Shown piece by piece: positions 1 through 8,171 of a stretch of 64,000 nucleotides of DNA (the stretch's first letter is position 1; the number at the start of each line of letters is the position of its first letter). Made by a program: the position numbers and the translations under genes. The stretch covers positions 64,106-128,105 of the forward strand of contig JAYUEN010000107.1 of assembly GCA_043739185.1 (NCBI GenBank), given 5' to 3'. The stretch comes from Bdellovibrionales bacterium (GTDB lineage Bacteria > Bdellovibrionota > Bdellovibrionia > Bdellovibrionales > JAMPXM01). Below the pieces are notes generated by a model, which was not told the origin of the DNA, did not search any database, and saw only the letters and a program-made list of their open reading frames with translations.

Positions 1-127
1 ACTCAGCTGTCAAACTGATGAGACTCACAAGAACGATAAGCCAGGCCGCAAAGACCGCTCTTCTCTGCTTCTTGAAGCGTCGCCATTTTTTCAAACTGAG
101 TTCGTTTTGAATCCATCTTTCAATCAT
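1..127 (-). CDS. ABC transporter permease, YejE/OppC-type (N-terminal fragment, runs off the window)
   Basis: The minus-strand frame reads MIERWIQNELSLKKWRRFKKQRRAVFAAWLIVLVSLISLTAE and continues past position 1. Its ATG (127-125) overlaps the TGA of the upstream permease as ATGA. A basic KWRRFKK stretch followed by a TM helix is the usual N-terminus of the second permease of yejABEF-type operons. Confidence 0.6.
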   Translation of the reverse strand, partial: MIERWIQNELSLKKWRRFKKQRRAVFAAWLIVLVSLISLTAE

Positions 128-1158
128 GAAAAATCAATTCTCGGATCAACCGCAACATAGGCAATATCTGTTAAAAGACGTCCCACCAAAAACAAAAGAC
201 TTTCAATGAAAATAAGACCCATCAAAACATTATAATCCCGCGAGTTGACCGCGGTGAGACCGAGCTGACCAATGCCATCGAGTTGAAAAATTTGCTCTAC
301 AATAATTGAGCCGGCAAAAAAAACCGTTAAAATTCCGCTCATGCCGGTCACAATCGGAATCAGCGCATTTCGAAGCGCATGCTTCAAATAGACGACTTTC
401 TTTCCGAGCCCTTTTGCCTGCGCCGTTCGGATATAATCTAATTTGATAATGTCTAACATTGAGTTTTTCATAAGGATGGTTAGAAAGGTAAAGCTCCCGA
501 TGAGGTAACAAGTGAGCGGCAAGACCGCGTGGTGAATTCGGTCTGCGATCTTCCCAATTACACTCATTGACGAATACGCATCCGAGTATAGTCCCCCGAG
601 TGGGAACCAATCAAAAAAGCTTCCGCCAGCAAAACTCACGATGAGAACAACGGCAAGCATAACCGGAGGAACCGAAAGCATCACAAAAAGTAAAAGACTT
701 GAAAAAACATCAAAGCTGCTGCCGGCCTTAATCGCTTTAATGACTCCTAGTGGAATGCAAATCAAATAGGTTAGCAAAAGCGAAGCCAGCCCAAACTGCA
801 AGGACACCGGCATTTTACTTAGAATGATTTCGGTAACTGGTTCTTCGTATTTGAAGCTTCTGCCAAAATCCATTCGCGAGAGGTTTTTAAGCCAAATGCC
901 GTAGCGGACCAATACAGGTTTATCAAAACCATATTGTTTATTGAGCGCGTCTAGAACATCTTTTGAAACTCCACTTTGACCGTGTCCAGCACTTCCTCCG
1001 CCGGCGCCACCACCCATGCCGCCACCGAAACGCATTGCCTGAAGTTTCTGTTCGACGGGGCCTCCTGGCGCGAGATTGATTATAATAAAACTGACGATTG
1101 TGATCCCGAACAGAGTCGGGATCATCATGAGAATTCGCTTAAGAATATACATTCCCAT
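124..1158 (-). CDS. yejB: Peptide/microcin-type ABC transporter permease (YejB-like)
   Basis: 344 aa. MGMYILKRILMMIPTLFGITIVSFIIINLAPGGPVEQ, a Gly-rich insertion, YGFDKP, the EAA-loop region YIRTAQAKGL and the C-terminal VDPRIDF all run colinear with E. coli YejB as I recall it. Confidence 0.85.
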   Translation of the reverse strand: MGMYILKRILMMIPTLFGITIVSFIIINLAPGGPVEQKLQAMRFGGGMGGGAGGGSAGHGQSGVSKDVLDALNKQYGFDKPVLVRYGIWLKNLSRMDFGRSFKYEEPVTEIILSKMPVSLQFGLASLLLTYLICIPLGVIKAIKAGSSFDVFSSLLLFVMLSVPPVMLAVVLIVSFAGGSFFDWFPLGGLYSDAYSSMSVIGKIADRIHHAVLPLTCYLIGSFTFLTILMKNSMLDIIKLDYIRTAQAKGLGKKVVYLKHALRNALIPIVTGMSGILTVFFAGSIIVEQIFQLDGIGQLGLTAVNSRDYNVLMGLIFIESLLFLVGRLLTDIAYVAVDPRIDFS

Positions 1159-1183
1159 TTTCAGATCCTCTAAGAGGTTTTAT

Positions 1184-2836
1184 TTATGGAGCTGCATTGC
1201 GAGCAAACCAATAGCTCATGCCGATATCATAAATAAAAGTCTCTTTTGGCGTTGCGACCTTGTCAGAAATGGCATAGCACATGAATTTTTCGTTGAATAA
1301 AAATGCATACGGGGCGTCTTCAGCAATCAGCCGATAAACTTTTTTCATAAGTGCTGCGCGTTTTTTATCATCCATTTCGGCGCGTGCTTTTTCAATTGCG
1401 GCATCTACTTCTGGATTTTTGTAGCCGCCATAATTCGAACCGCCCTTGACATCACTCGATGAATGCCAAATTTGCTTTGGATCTTCTTCAACCACGCCGC
1501 CCCAGCGCATAGTAAAGGCATCGAAATCTCGATCATCGCTTGCCTTCACTAATGCATTCCACTCAATGAGTTTGAGCTCCATTTGAATGCCGGCCTTTTT
1601 TAAATCCTCTTTGTAGAGTGTCCAATACTTCTCAGAGTCTTTACTTGAATACAAAAGTGTAAATTTAAACTCAACTTTTTTACCGTCAATTGTTTTCGAA
1701 AGGGTTCCGGTTTTGTCGGGATCTGTCCAACCTGCTTTTTTGAGCAATTCGTTTGCTTTTTTTGGATCAAAGTCAAAAGGCTTCACGCTTTGATCTGCAT
1801 TTGGGCTTTGATTATAAAATGGCCCCGCTGCCGGGACCGCCATATTGAATTTAAACTTCTCATTCATTTCAGCACGATTGACCAACATGGCGAGTGCGAC
1901 ACGAACATCACGTTCTTTAAATAGATCTCGTTTCAAATTCCAAGCGATGAATCCGTAAGATTTTGGTGCCTTATTTATGACTTTAAACTTCTCTACTTTT
2001 TTGCCCCACTCTGGCCCGACGGCGCGCTTGACATAGGTTTCGTCGGTCATATCGTCAATATAATCAATTTCGCCTTTCTTTAAGGCCTCAATTTGAATAC
2101 TTGGATCTTTAATAAAACGAAATACGACAGACTTAAAATTATATCGCCCCTTGAAGTTTGGAACTTTGTCGCCCCACCAGTTTTCAACCTTTTCAGTCAC
2201 AATTCTTTTGCCCTGATCATATTGCACTATTTTATAAGGACCCGAGCCAATCACGCTTTTGTTTTTCTTGATCCCCTCTTTGGCATCTCCGTAAACGTGC
2301 TTAGGAATGATAAAGGTATCGCTTAAAACCTCTTGGTTCTTAAAATACTTTTCTTTCATCGTCATTTTGATGTGATGTTCATCGACAATGTCTATGCTTT
2401 TAAGATTTTCGTAATAGGGCCACTTATCAGCAGCGTTGTAAATAGGGTCGCGAATGGCATCAAAACTAAACTTAACGTCTTCAGCGGTTACGGGTTTGCC
2501 ATCGCTCCATTTCGCGTCTTTATTCAAAGTAAAAGTAAATACCAGTCCGTCTTTTGAAATATCAACTTTATCTGCGATCGAAGATTCGTATTGCCAAGTG
2601 TTTTGATTGCGAACCATTAAATAACTCACCACATATTCAAAGACATAACGCGAGTAAAGATCCGTATATGTTATGGGGTTGAGCGTGCTTGGCTCGTCTT
2701 GAAGGGCATAATTGAAGACTCCACTTTGTGGGGCATTTGGCTTTCCTATCGTTTTAAAGCCTGCTTCTTTCGCGGCGTGTGCGCCTGAGCTGAAAGCAAA
2801 AACTGCAGCTATAAAAATATATTTTTTAAAACTCAT
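1184..2836 (-). CDS. ABC transporter substrate-binding protein, family 5 (peptide/nickel; YejA-like by synteny)
   Basis: 550 aa with a signal peptide (MSFKKYIFIAAVFAFSSGAHA). Its size and its position upstream of yejB/yejE-like permeases fit a family-5 binding protein. GGAGG lies 5 nt before the ATG. Confidence 0.75.
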   Translation of the reverse strand: MSFKKYIFIAAVFAFSSGAHAAKEAGFKTIGKPNAPQSGVFNYALQDEPSTLNPITYTDLYSRYVFEYVVSYLMVRNQNTWQYESSIADKVDISKDGLVFTFTLNKDAKWSDGKPVTAEDVKFSFDAIRDPIYNAADKWPYYENLKSIDIVDEHHIKMTMKEKYFKNQEVLSDTFIIPKHVYGDAKEGIKKNKSVIGSGPYKIVQYDQGKRIVTEKVENWWGDKVPNFKGRYNFKSVVFRFIKDPSIQIEALKKGEIDYIDDMTDETYVKRAVGPEWGKKVEKFKVINKAPKSYGFIAWNLKRDLFKERDVRVALAMLVNRAEMNEKFKFNMAVPAAGPFYNQSPNADQSVKPFDFDPKKANELLKKAGWTDPDKTGTLSKTIDGKKVEFKFTLLYSSKDSEKYWTLYKEDLKKAGIQMELKLIEWNALVKASDDRDFDAFTMRWGGVVEEDPKQIWHSSSDVKGGSNYGGYKNPEVDAAIEKARAEMDDKKRAALMKKVYRLIAEDAPYAFLFNEKFMCYAISDKVATPKETFIYDIGMSYWFARNAAP

Positions 2837-2861
2837 GGTTCCTCCATAAAGTGACGTTTAA

Positions 2862-2884
2862 AATCTCCGATTGTGACGGAGATT
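2862..2884 (-). promoter_or_regulatory. Perfect 8-bp hairpin in the 5' leader of the ABC importer operon
   Basis: AATCTCCG (2862-2869) and CGGAGATT (2877-2884) flank a 7-nt loop. On the minus strand the hairpin is followed by UUUUAAAC and then the GGAGG ribosome-binding site. It lies 26 nt upstream of the start codon. Confidence 0.35.
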
Positions 2885-2969
2885 AAGCGTTTATCTAAGC
2901 AAGCTTCTGTGCATTTTGCAAACGGCGAAATGGGCGCCTGCAGGCGTTTAAAAATTTAGCTTTCGAGAC

Positions 2970-4025
2970 TTGGCAAAGCTACCAACTCCGGAGTATGAAA
3001 ATCTCATGAATGTGAATGATACCGCACTAACAGACTCAGGAATTTTTGGACTCAACTTCATCGAAAGGGACGCAAGACTATGTCTCCTGCCAGTACCTTG
3101 GGAGGCGACCACCTCTTATGGAAATGGCGCGGCCAATGGCCCTGACATTATTTTGCAGGCCAGTCACCAAGTAGATCTTTTCGATATCGAAACTGGAACG
3201 CAGTATGAAAAGGGCTATTTTATGCCCGAGATTTCGAAAGCTTGGCTGCAAACTAGTAAATCTACAAAATCAATTGCGCAAAAGGTGGTCGCAAGTATTC
3301 ACAATGGTGAAGCTCCAGATCAAAAGCTTTTGTCTGAGGTCAATGCAAAATCCATAGAGCTCAATCAATGGGTTTACGAACAAACGAGTCAGTGGCTAAA
3401 GCAAAATAAAGTGGTTGGTCTCGTCGGAGGAGATCACTCGGCTCCGTTTGGATTCATAAAGGCACTGAGTGAAAAGTACGGCAGGAATTTTGGCATTTTA
3501 CATCTAGATGCTCATGCAGACCTGAGAGATTCTTATCAGGGCTTTGAGTTTTCTCATGCTTCGATTATGCACAATGTGATCACAAAGCTCGACCCAACGT
3601 GTTTGGTTCAGGTTGGCATTCGCGATTTTTCTCCTGATGAAAAGGCTTTTATTGAATCTCGGCCGAATCAAATAAAAACCTATTTCGACCTCCCATTAAA
3701 AAATCGTCTTTTTGCCGGCGAATCCTGGAAGAGCATTTGCCGCGAAATCGCCTCTGCACTTCCAGAAAGAGTTTATATTTCATTTGATATCGATGGTTTG
3801 AGTCCGGAATTTTGCCCGCATACGGGAACACCTGTGCCCGGAGGCTTGAGTTTTGATCAAGTGCTTTGCCTATTTGCTACACTCAATGAAATGGAAAGAA
3901 AAATTATTGGCTTTGACTTAAATGAGGTCGCTTCGCCAGAGGATTTATCCGCAGAGTGGGACGGTAATGTTGGAGCACGAATCCTGTTTAAACTCTGTGG
4001 CTGGGCAATGCTCAGCCACGCTTAG
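2970..4025 (+). CDS. Arginase-family ureohydrolase (agmatinase/formimidoylglutamase-like)
   Basis: 351 aa with the Mn-binding motifs GGDHS, LHLDAHADLRD, SFDIDGL and GTPVPGGLS. The track start is TTG at 2970. An ATG at 3006 is an alternative start. Confidence 0.8.
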   Translation: MAKLPTPEYENLMNVNDTALTDSGIFGLNFIERDARLCLLPVPWEATTSYGNGAANGPDIILQASHQVDLFDIETGTQYEKGYFMPEISKAWLQTSKSTKSIAQKVVASIHNGEAPDQKLLSEVNAKSIELNQWVYEQTSQWLKQNKVVGLVGGDHSAPFGFIKALSEKYGRNFGILHLDAHADLRDSYQGFEFSHASIMHNVITKLDPTCLVQVGIRDFSPDEKAFIESRPNQIKTYFDLPLKNRLFAGESWKSICREIASALPERVYISFDIDGLSPEFCPHTGTPVPGGLSFDQVLCLFATLNEMERKIIGFDLNEVASPEDLSAEWDGNVGARILFKLCGWAMLSHA

Positions 4026-4039
4026 TTTTAATAAAAAAT

Positions 4040-4408
4040 TTAGCGGGCGTAGCGCTTTTTGATCGACTCACGAATCTCTGCGCCTTCAATACTGAGTCTT
4101 GTCCAAGGAATCGCTCTTAAGCGCTCGGGTTCAATCTTTTCTTCAGTCTCTTCACAAATTCCATATTTTCCGCTTTCGATTCTCGCTAGGGCCATTTCAA
4201 TTTCAAGAAGTTGGGTTCTCAATCTGTCATGCATCGCTAAAAGTTCGGCTTCGGCCAATACTCTAACTGTCTGGTCCGCTTCGTCTCCCCCTTTGTCTTC
4301 GATATAGAGATCACGACGCGCTTCTTTGACGCGATTTAATATATCGGTCTTAGCTTCAAGTAGGCGGTTTTTGCATTCAGTAACGATGTCTGTAGTCATT
4401 GCTGCCAT
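4040..4408 (-). CDS. DksA/TraR-family protein lacking the C4 zinc finger
   Basis: 122 aa. It has a coiled-coil with an acidic tip (GGDEADQT) and a C-terminal GKYGICEETEEKIEPERLRAIPWTRLSIEGAE. This aligns with DksA G-YC-SCG...RL-A-P....CI-C, but only 1 of the 4 Cys is retained. Confidence 0.7.
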   Translation of the reverse strand: MAAMTTDIVTECKNRLLEAKTDILNRVKEARRDLYIEDKGGDEADQTVRVLAEAELLAMHDRLRTQLLEIEMALARIESGKYGICEETEEKIEPERLRAIPWTRLSIEGAEIRESIKKRYAR

Positions 4409-4813
4409 TATGTATATTCCCCCATGTTAATCCCCTGTTTCAATTGACAATTTTTAAGTGCCATATTGGAACTGATACATTTAGACACAATCCTGAAAAG
4501 AAACGCAAGACCAAATCTTAAATTTTCTTACACAAATTTTTATAGTAGCAACAAGCACTATTTTGGTTTGTTTTTTTGCTGTTTTTGAAATTCACTTTTT
4601 CGTGTTTTTCTCGAGGAGAAATTGAAAATAGTCAGCTTTTTTAATTTTTACTTCTCTAAAAATTTGTTTCTCATAGGCGATTTTTTTTCGAAAAAAAGTT
4701 TTTATGCCGCGTTATAAACCGGCGCCGCTGCCCGCTTGTTGAGCACGCCCTTTTTGTTTTCTGTTTTTTGTTTTTTTGGAGCATGTCGCGCTAAAAACCA
4801 AGGTGTAGGTGAA

Positions 4814-4922
4814 TCCAAAATTAATGCGAGCGAGGCGTCCGAGGAGAAGGCGCGGAGGCCTACTTCCTGTAGGCGGCGACAAAGGCGACGACAAAGGCAA
4901 AGAAGCTCCCATTAATTTTGGA
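4814..4922. repeat. Extended imperfect hairpin element, copy A (related to 56619-56742)
   Basis: A 13-bp outer stem pairs 4814-4826 with 4910-4922, followed by 4 further bp. The apical hairpin pairs 4858-4863 with 4869-4874 around the loop TTCCT (4864-4868). The element starts 5 nt after the stop codon of the minus-strand gene 4928-5416. Confidence 0.6.
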
Positions 4923-4927
4923 ATCAT

Positions 4928-5416
4928 CTAAAAACTTAGAGTGAGTTTATTTACGGGATACCAAACGGCTGAGTCTTTTATCCAAAAACTCTCATACTCA
5001 TTTGCCACTTGAATATATTCACCATTGCGATCGAGCTTTTTGAAAGGCGTATAGCGATCAACCACAGTAAATTCTGCAGGTGTTGAACTGACGCTCGCGG
5101 CCTGCCTTAAAACGGCGGTCCGCGACTTCACCACAACACAACTAATCGATTCACTTACGGCCGATAATTGTATCCAGTGGGCTTCGTTATCAACGTCTTG
5201 AACTTTCAACCAGGCGCCTCGGCGCAAAATTTTCTTAAGCGGCATAAATTTTCCGACCGTCCAAGTTATTTTAAAGTCTGTTCCCGGGCCCTTTCGAAGA
5301 TTGGCTCGATCCGTAATTACACATAGTGCTGAGCTCTGTGTACAGAAAAGAAATATAATCAAAAAGTTGCAAACTCGACGTAGGCATTTCATTGGCTTCA
5401 TCTTATCAATAATCAA
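4928..5416 (-). CDS. Secreted protein with bacterial SH3-like domains
   Basis: 162 aa with an N-terminal hydrophobic signal. The pattern ANLRKGPGTDFKI...GAWLKVQD...HWI is repeated and resembles SH3b (SH3_3) domains. Confidence 0.5.
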   Translation of the reverse strand: MIIDKMKPMKCLRRVCNFLIIFLFCTQSSALCVITDRANLRKGPGTDFKITWTVGKFMPLKKILRRGAWLKVQDVDNEAHWIQLSAVSESISCVVVKSRTAVLRQAASVSSTPAEFTVVDRYTPFKKLDRNGEYIQVANEYESFWIKDSAVWYPVNKLTLSF

Positions 5417-5500
5417 AGCTTGGGGGCAAAAAGTTCTACGCTGTTGCGATACTTTACTGGACCTCTGCAGAACTTAATCGCCGCCAGCGAGCTCAAAGGA

Positions 5501-5971
5501 TCAGTCTTTTTTTTCACTTTTTGCTATTGGACTTACGTCTATCACCATAGGGCTTACATCACGCTCTTGTGTGAATTGCATTTCTTGATTCGAGCGTGCG
5601 AAAGGATTTTGTGCGCCACCCATTGTACCAAAATTAAAAACTTTAAACTGAGACTGACTCGCAAGCTTACTAAATAAATTTTTAAAGAGCTTTTTTAGCA
5701 GCCAGCGCGTGGGAGGAAGCAGTAACAATAGACCAAGGCAATTGGTGAGAAGGGCGGGCAAAGAAATCAATAGTCCGCTTAAGCCGAGCATCGCACCTGC
5801 CATTAAATCTTGTGTCTGGGTCCCAACATTCGCTTGTCGCATTATCATTTTTCCGATCATTCCTTTGACCAAAAGAAAGAAAATCAAATTGACCAGGCCA
5901 AAGACCATTGCGGCCTGAAAGAGGAAGTACACCTCTAAGAATGGCAACAGCATGAGGATTAATATTGGCAT
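5501..5971 (-). CDS. fxsA: FxsA-family cytoplasmic membrane protein
   Basis: Carries the signature LLTNCLGLLLLLPPTRWLLKK. I start it at the internal Met (MPILILML, 5971), which begins right after the xth stop. The longer track ORF (to 6028) would overlap xth. Confidence 0.7.
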   Translation of the reverse strand: MPILILMLLPFLEVYFLFQAAMVFGLVNLIFFLLVKGMIGKMIMRQANVGTQTQDLMAGAMLGLSGLLISLPALLTNCLGLLLLLPPTRWLLKKLFKNLFSKLASQSQFKVFNFGTMGGAQNPFARSNQEMQFTQERDVSPMVIDVSPIAKSEKKD

Positions 5972-5975
5972 CTGA

Positions 5976-6749
5976 TTAAGTATCCAACTCAAGAATAAGC
6001 GGACAGTGATCCGAGCCCTCTTGTTCATCTAAAATATCGCAATTTTTAAGTTTCCCAACTAGATTTGGACTCACACTAAAATAGTCTATTCTCCAACCGC
6101 GATTATTGACGCGAGCCATTTCGCGATAAGACCACCAAGAATATCGCTCTTTTTCTCCCTTATGAAAATGCCGAAAGCAATCGACAAAACCTAAGGCAAA
6201 AAAAGAGTCTAACCACGCCCTCTCTTCAGGCAAAAATCCGCTTTCCTTCGAAAGCCTCTTTGGGTCATGAACATCCATCTCTTCGTGGGCAATATTGTAA
6301 TCTCCGGTGACAATCAGCTTTTCGCCCTTTTTAAGTAGCTTCTCAAGATAGGCGGCAAGATCTTTCAAAAACTCTTGTTTGAAGTTATGACGTTCTTCAC
6401 CTGAGCCGCCGTTGGGAAAGTAAATATTAAAAAGCTTAAAGGCGCCATGATCTGATATTACAAATCTACCTTCACTATCGTACCTCGGAATTTCAATTCC
6501 TTTTAGAATGGCTTTTGGTTTTGCAGATTCCTGCCAATAAGTAGCCGTCCCGCTATAACCCTTTTTTAGAGCCGAAGACCATTCGCTTTGATACTTGCCA
6601 AAGCTACGAAGCTCTGGCTCAACTTGATCGGGATGAGCCTTGGTCTCTTGCAAACAAAAAATGTCCGGGTTTTGCTTTTCAATAAAGCTTGGCAAATCTT
6701 TTTTATAGGCCGCGCGTATGCCATTTACATTCCAAGAAATAATTTTCAT
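5976..6749 (-). CDS. xth: Exodeoxyribonuclease III
   Basis: 257 aa. MKIISWNVNGIRA, CLQETK, the NAGWRIDY-like GWRIDYF and GSDHCP are canonical ExoIII/APE motifs. Confidence 0.92.
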   Translation of the reverse strand: MKIISWNVNGIRAAYKKDLPSFIEKQNPDIFCLQETKAHPDQVEPELRSFGKYQSEWSSALKKGYSGTATYWQESAKPKAILKGIEIPRYDSEGRFVISDHGAFKLFNIYFPNGGSGEERHNFKQEFLKDLAAYLEKLLKKGEKLIVTGDYNIAHEEMDVHDPKRLSKESGFLPEERAWLDSFFALGFVDCFRHFHKGEKERYSWWSYREMARVNNRGWRIDYFSVSPNLVGKLKNCDILDEQEGSDHCPLILELDT

Positions 6750-6824
6750 AGCGCCTATCTACGCCGTACCGGCGGAACTGTCAACTTGCTGCTCAAGACA
6801 TATTAGGGCTATAATCTATTACAT

Positions 6825-8057
6825 ATGAGTTTTTATCAGAAGTACTTAGATCAACTTAAAATCGACTTTCCGCAGGCTTGGGCGACGCAGTCACTTGCCG
6901 ATTTATTGAATCCAAATCTGATTTCTGCACAGCATTTCGGCTTGCAAAAATCTTCGATCGAAAAAATTACCGACTTTGTTACGGCCATTTACAAATTGCG
7001 AAACGACCCGAGCTATCAAGATTTTATCTTGAAATCTCATTCGCTTTTCGAAGCAAGCACTTTTGTTCGCCCCGAAAATTATTCAGCCCTGATGAGCTTT
7101 GATTTTCACTTAGTTGATGATGAACAGCCTAAACTAATTGAAATCAATACCAATGCATCTTCAAGCCTCATTATCAATGAGTCCTATAAAGCGCACGGCC
7201 TTCAAAACATTTTTGAAGGGCCCAGACAAAATTTTGAGTCCGATATTTTGGCCTGCTTCGAAAATGAGTTTGAACTCTGGCAACGCCATTTTGCCGGCCC
7301 TAAAAGGCGCCTGCGAAATATCGCCATCGTTGATCATCAGCCCCCGACGCAAAAACTTTATCTCGAGTTTTTATTGTATCAAGAACTCTTTGGGCGGGCC
7401 GGATACAAATGTATTATTGCCGATCCAGAAAAGCTCGAACTCAAAAATCAGCGCTTGGTATTTGAAGATCATTTTGAAATAGATTTGGTTTACAACCGAC
7501 ATACTGATTTTTATTTTTCATCACCTGAGTGCGCTCATTTAAAAGCGGCCTACTCACAATCACTTGCGTGCTTCTCTCCACATCCTTTTGAATACGCTCT
7601 GCTCGCAGACAAAAGCCGCTTATTTGAGTTTTCGACAGAAACAGAAATTTTGAAATGCCTGCTTCCTGAGGAGCGCGACCTCTTGCAAACAGTTTTGCTG
7701 AAATCATATGATGTCAAAACTTTTGCGGATAAGAATTGGCTTTGGGCCAATCGAAAGACACTGTTTTTTAAACCAAAGCGAATGTTTGGCGGAAAAGCCA
7801 GTTATCGCGGGCAGGGAATCACTCAGGGGGTTTTCACAAACATTTTAACTGGTGACTATCTCGCGCAAGAGTTTGCCCCGCCCTCCGAAGTAAATGTTCA
7901 GCTCGAGGATAAAACTCAAGCCACATTTAAATATGACCTTCGCTTTTATGTCTACCAAGGCAGAATTCAACTGGCATTAGCTCGACTTTGGAGGGGCCAA
8001 ATGACCAATATCAACTCTGTGGGAGGGGGATTAGCCCCTATTTTCATAAATTCCTAA
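6825..8057 (+). CDS. Uncharacterised ATP-grasp-like ligase (circularly permuted / eukaryotic-glutathione-synthetase-like pattern)
   Basis: 410 aa. SFDFHLVDDEQPKLIEINTNASSSL resembles the R-D-(x)n-vEiNT strand of permuted ATP-grasp enzymes. C-terminal YDLRFYVYQGRIQLALARLWRGQMTNINSVGGGLAPI resembles their nucleotide-binding end. The substrate is unknown. Confidence 0.45.
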   Translation: MSFYQKYLDQLKIDFPQAWATQSLADLLNPNLISAQHFGLQKSSIEKITDFVTAIYKLRNDPSYQDFILKSHSLFEASTFVRPENYSALMSFDFHLVDDEQPKLIEINTNASSSLIINESYKAHGLQNIFEGPRQNFESDILACFENEFELWQRHFAGPKRRLRNIAIVDHQPPTQKLYLEFLLYQELFGRAGYKCIIADPEKLELKNQRLVFEDHFEIDLVYNRHTDFYFSSPECAHLKAAYSQSLACFSPHPFEYALLADKSRLFEFSTETEILKCLLPEERDLLQTVLLKSYDVKTFADKNWLWANRKTLFFKPKRMFGGKASYRGQGITQGVFTNILTGDYLAQEFAPPSEVNVQLEDKTQATFKYDLRFYVYQGRIQLALARLWRGQMTNINSVGGGLAPIFINS

Positions 8058-8171
8058 CGAAAATCCTAAAGTCCAGTTTTTTCTGCGCCGATACAATATA
8101 TAGAGTTTCTACTTTGTTCAACTTCACGAATTGAGTTTTATGTATTGTAAAACACAGCTCCAGAGTCCGTA

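Noticed and set aside
4440-4463. TGGCAC on the minus strand upstream of the DksA-like gene as a second sigma-54 promoter
   Set aside because: The downstream element is TTGT, displaced by 2 nt (GG-N12-GT), and lacks the GC dinucleotide. It fails the strict -24/-12 spacing.
4712-4927. 71-aa minus-strand ORF (MIPKLMGASLPLSSPLSPP...) starting immediately after the SH3-like gene stop. Also a 36-aa Arg-rich plus-strand ORF (4824-4931).
   Set aside because: Both are low-complexity translations of the inverted and direct repeats of hairpin element A, and neither has a ribosome-binding site. The sequence is better explained as RNA or DNA structure than as coding.
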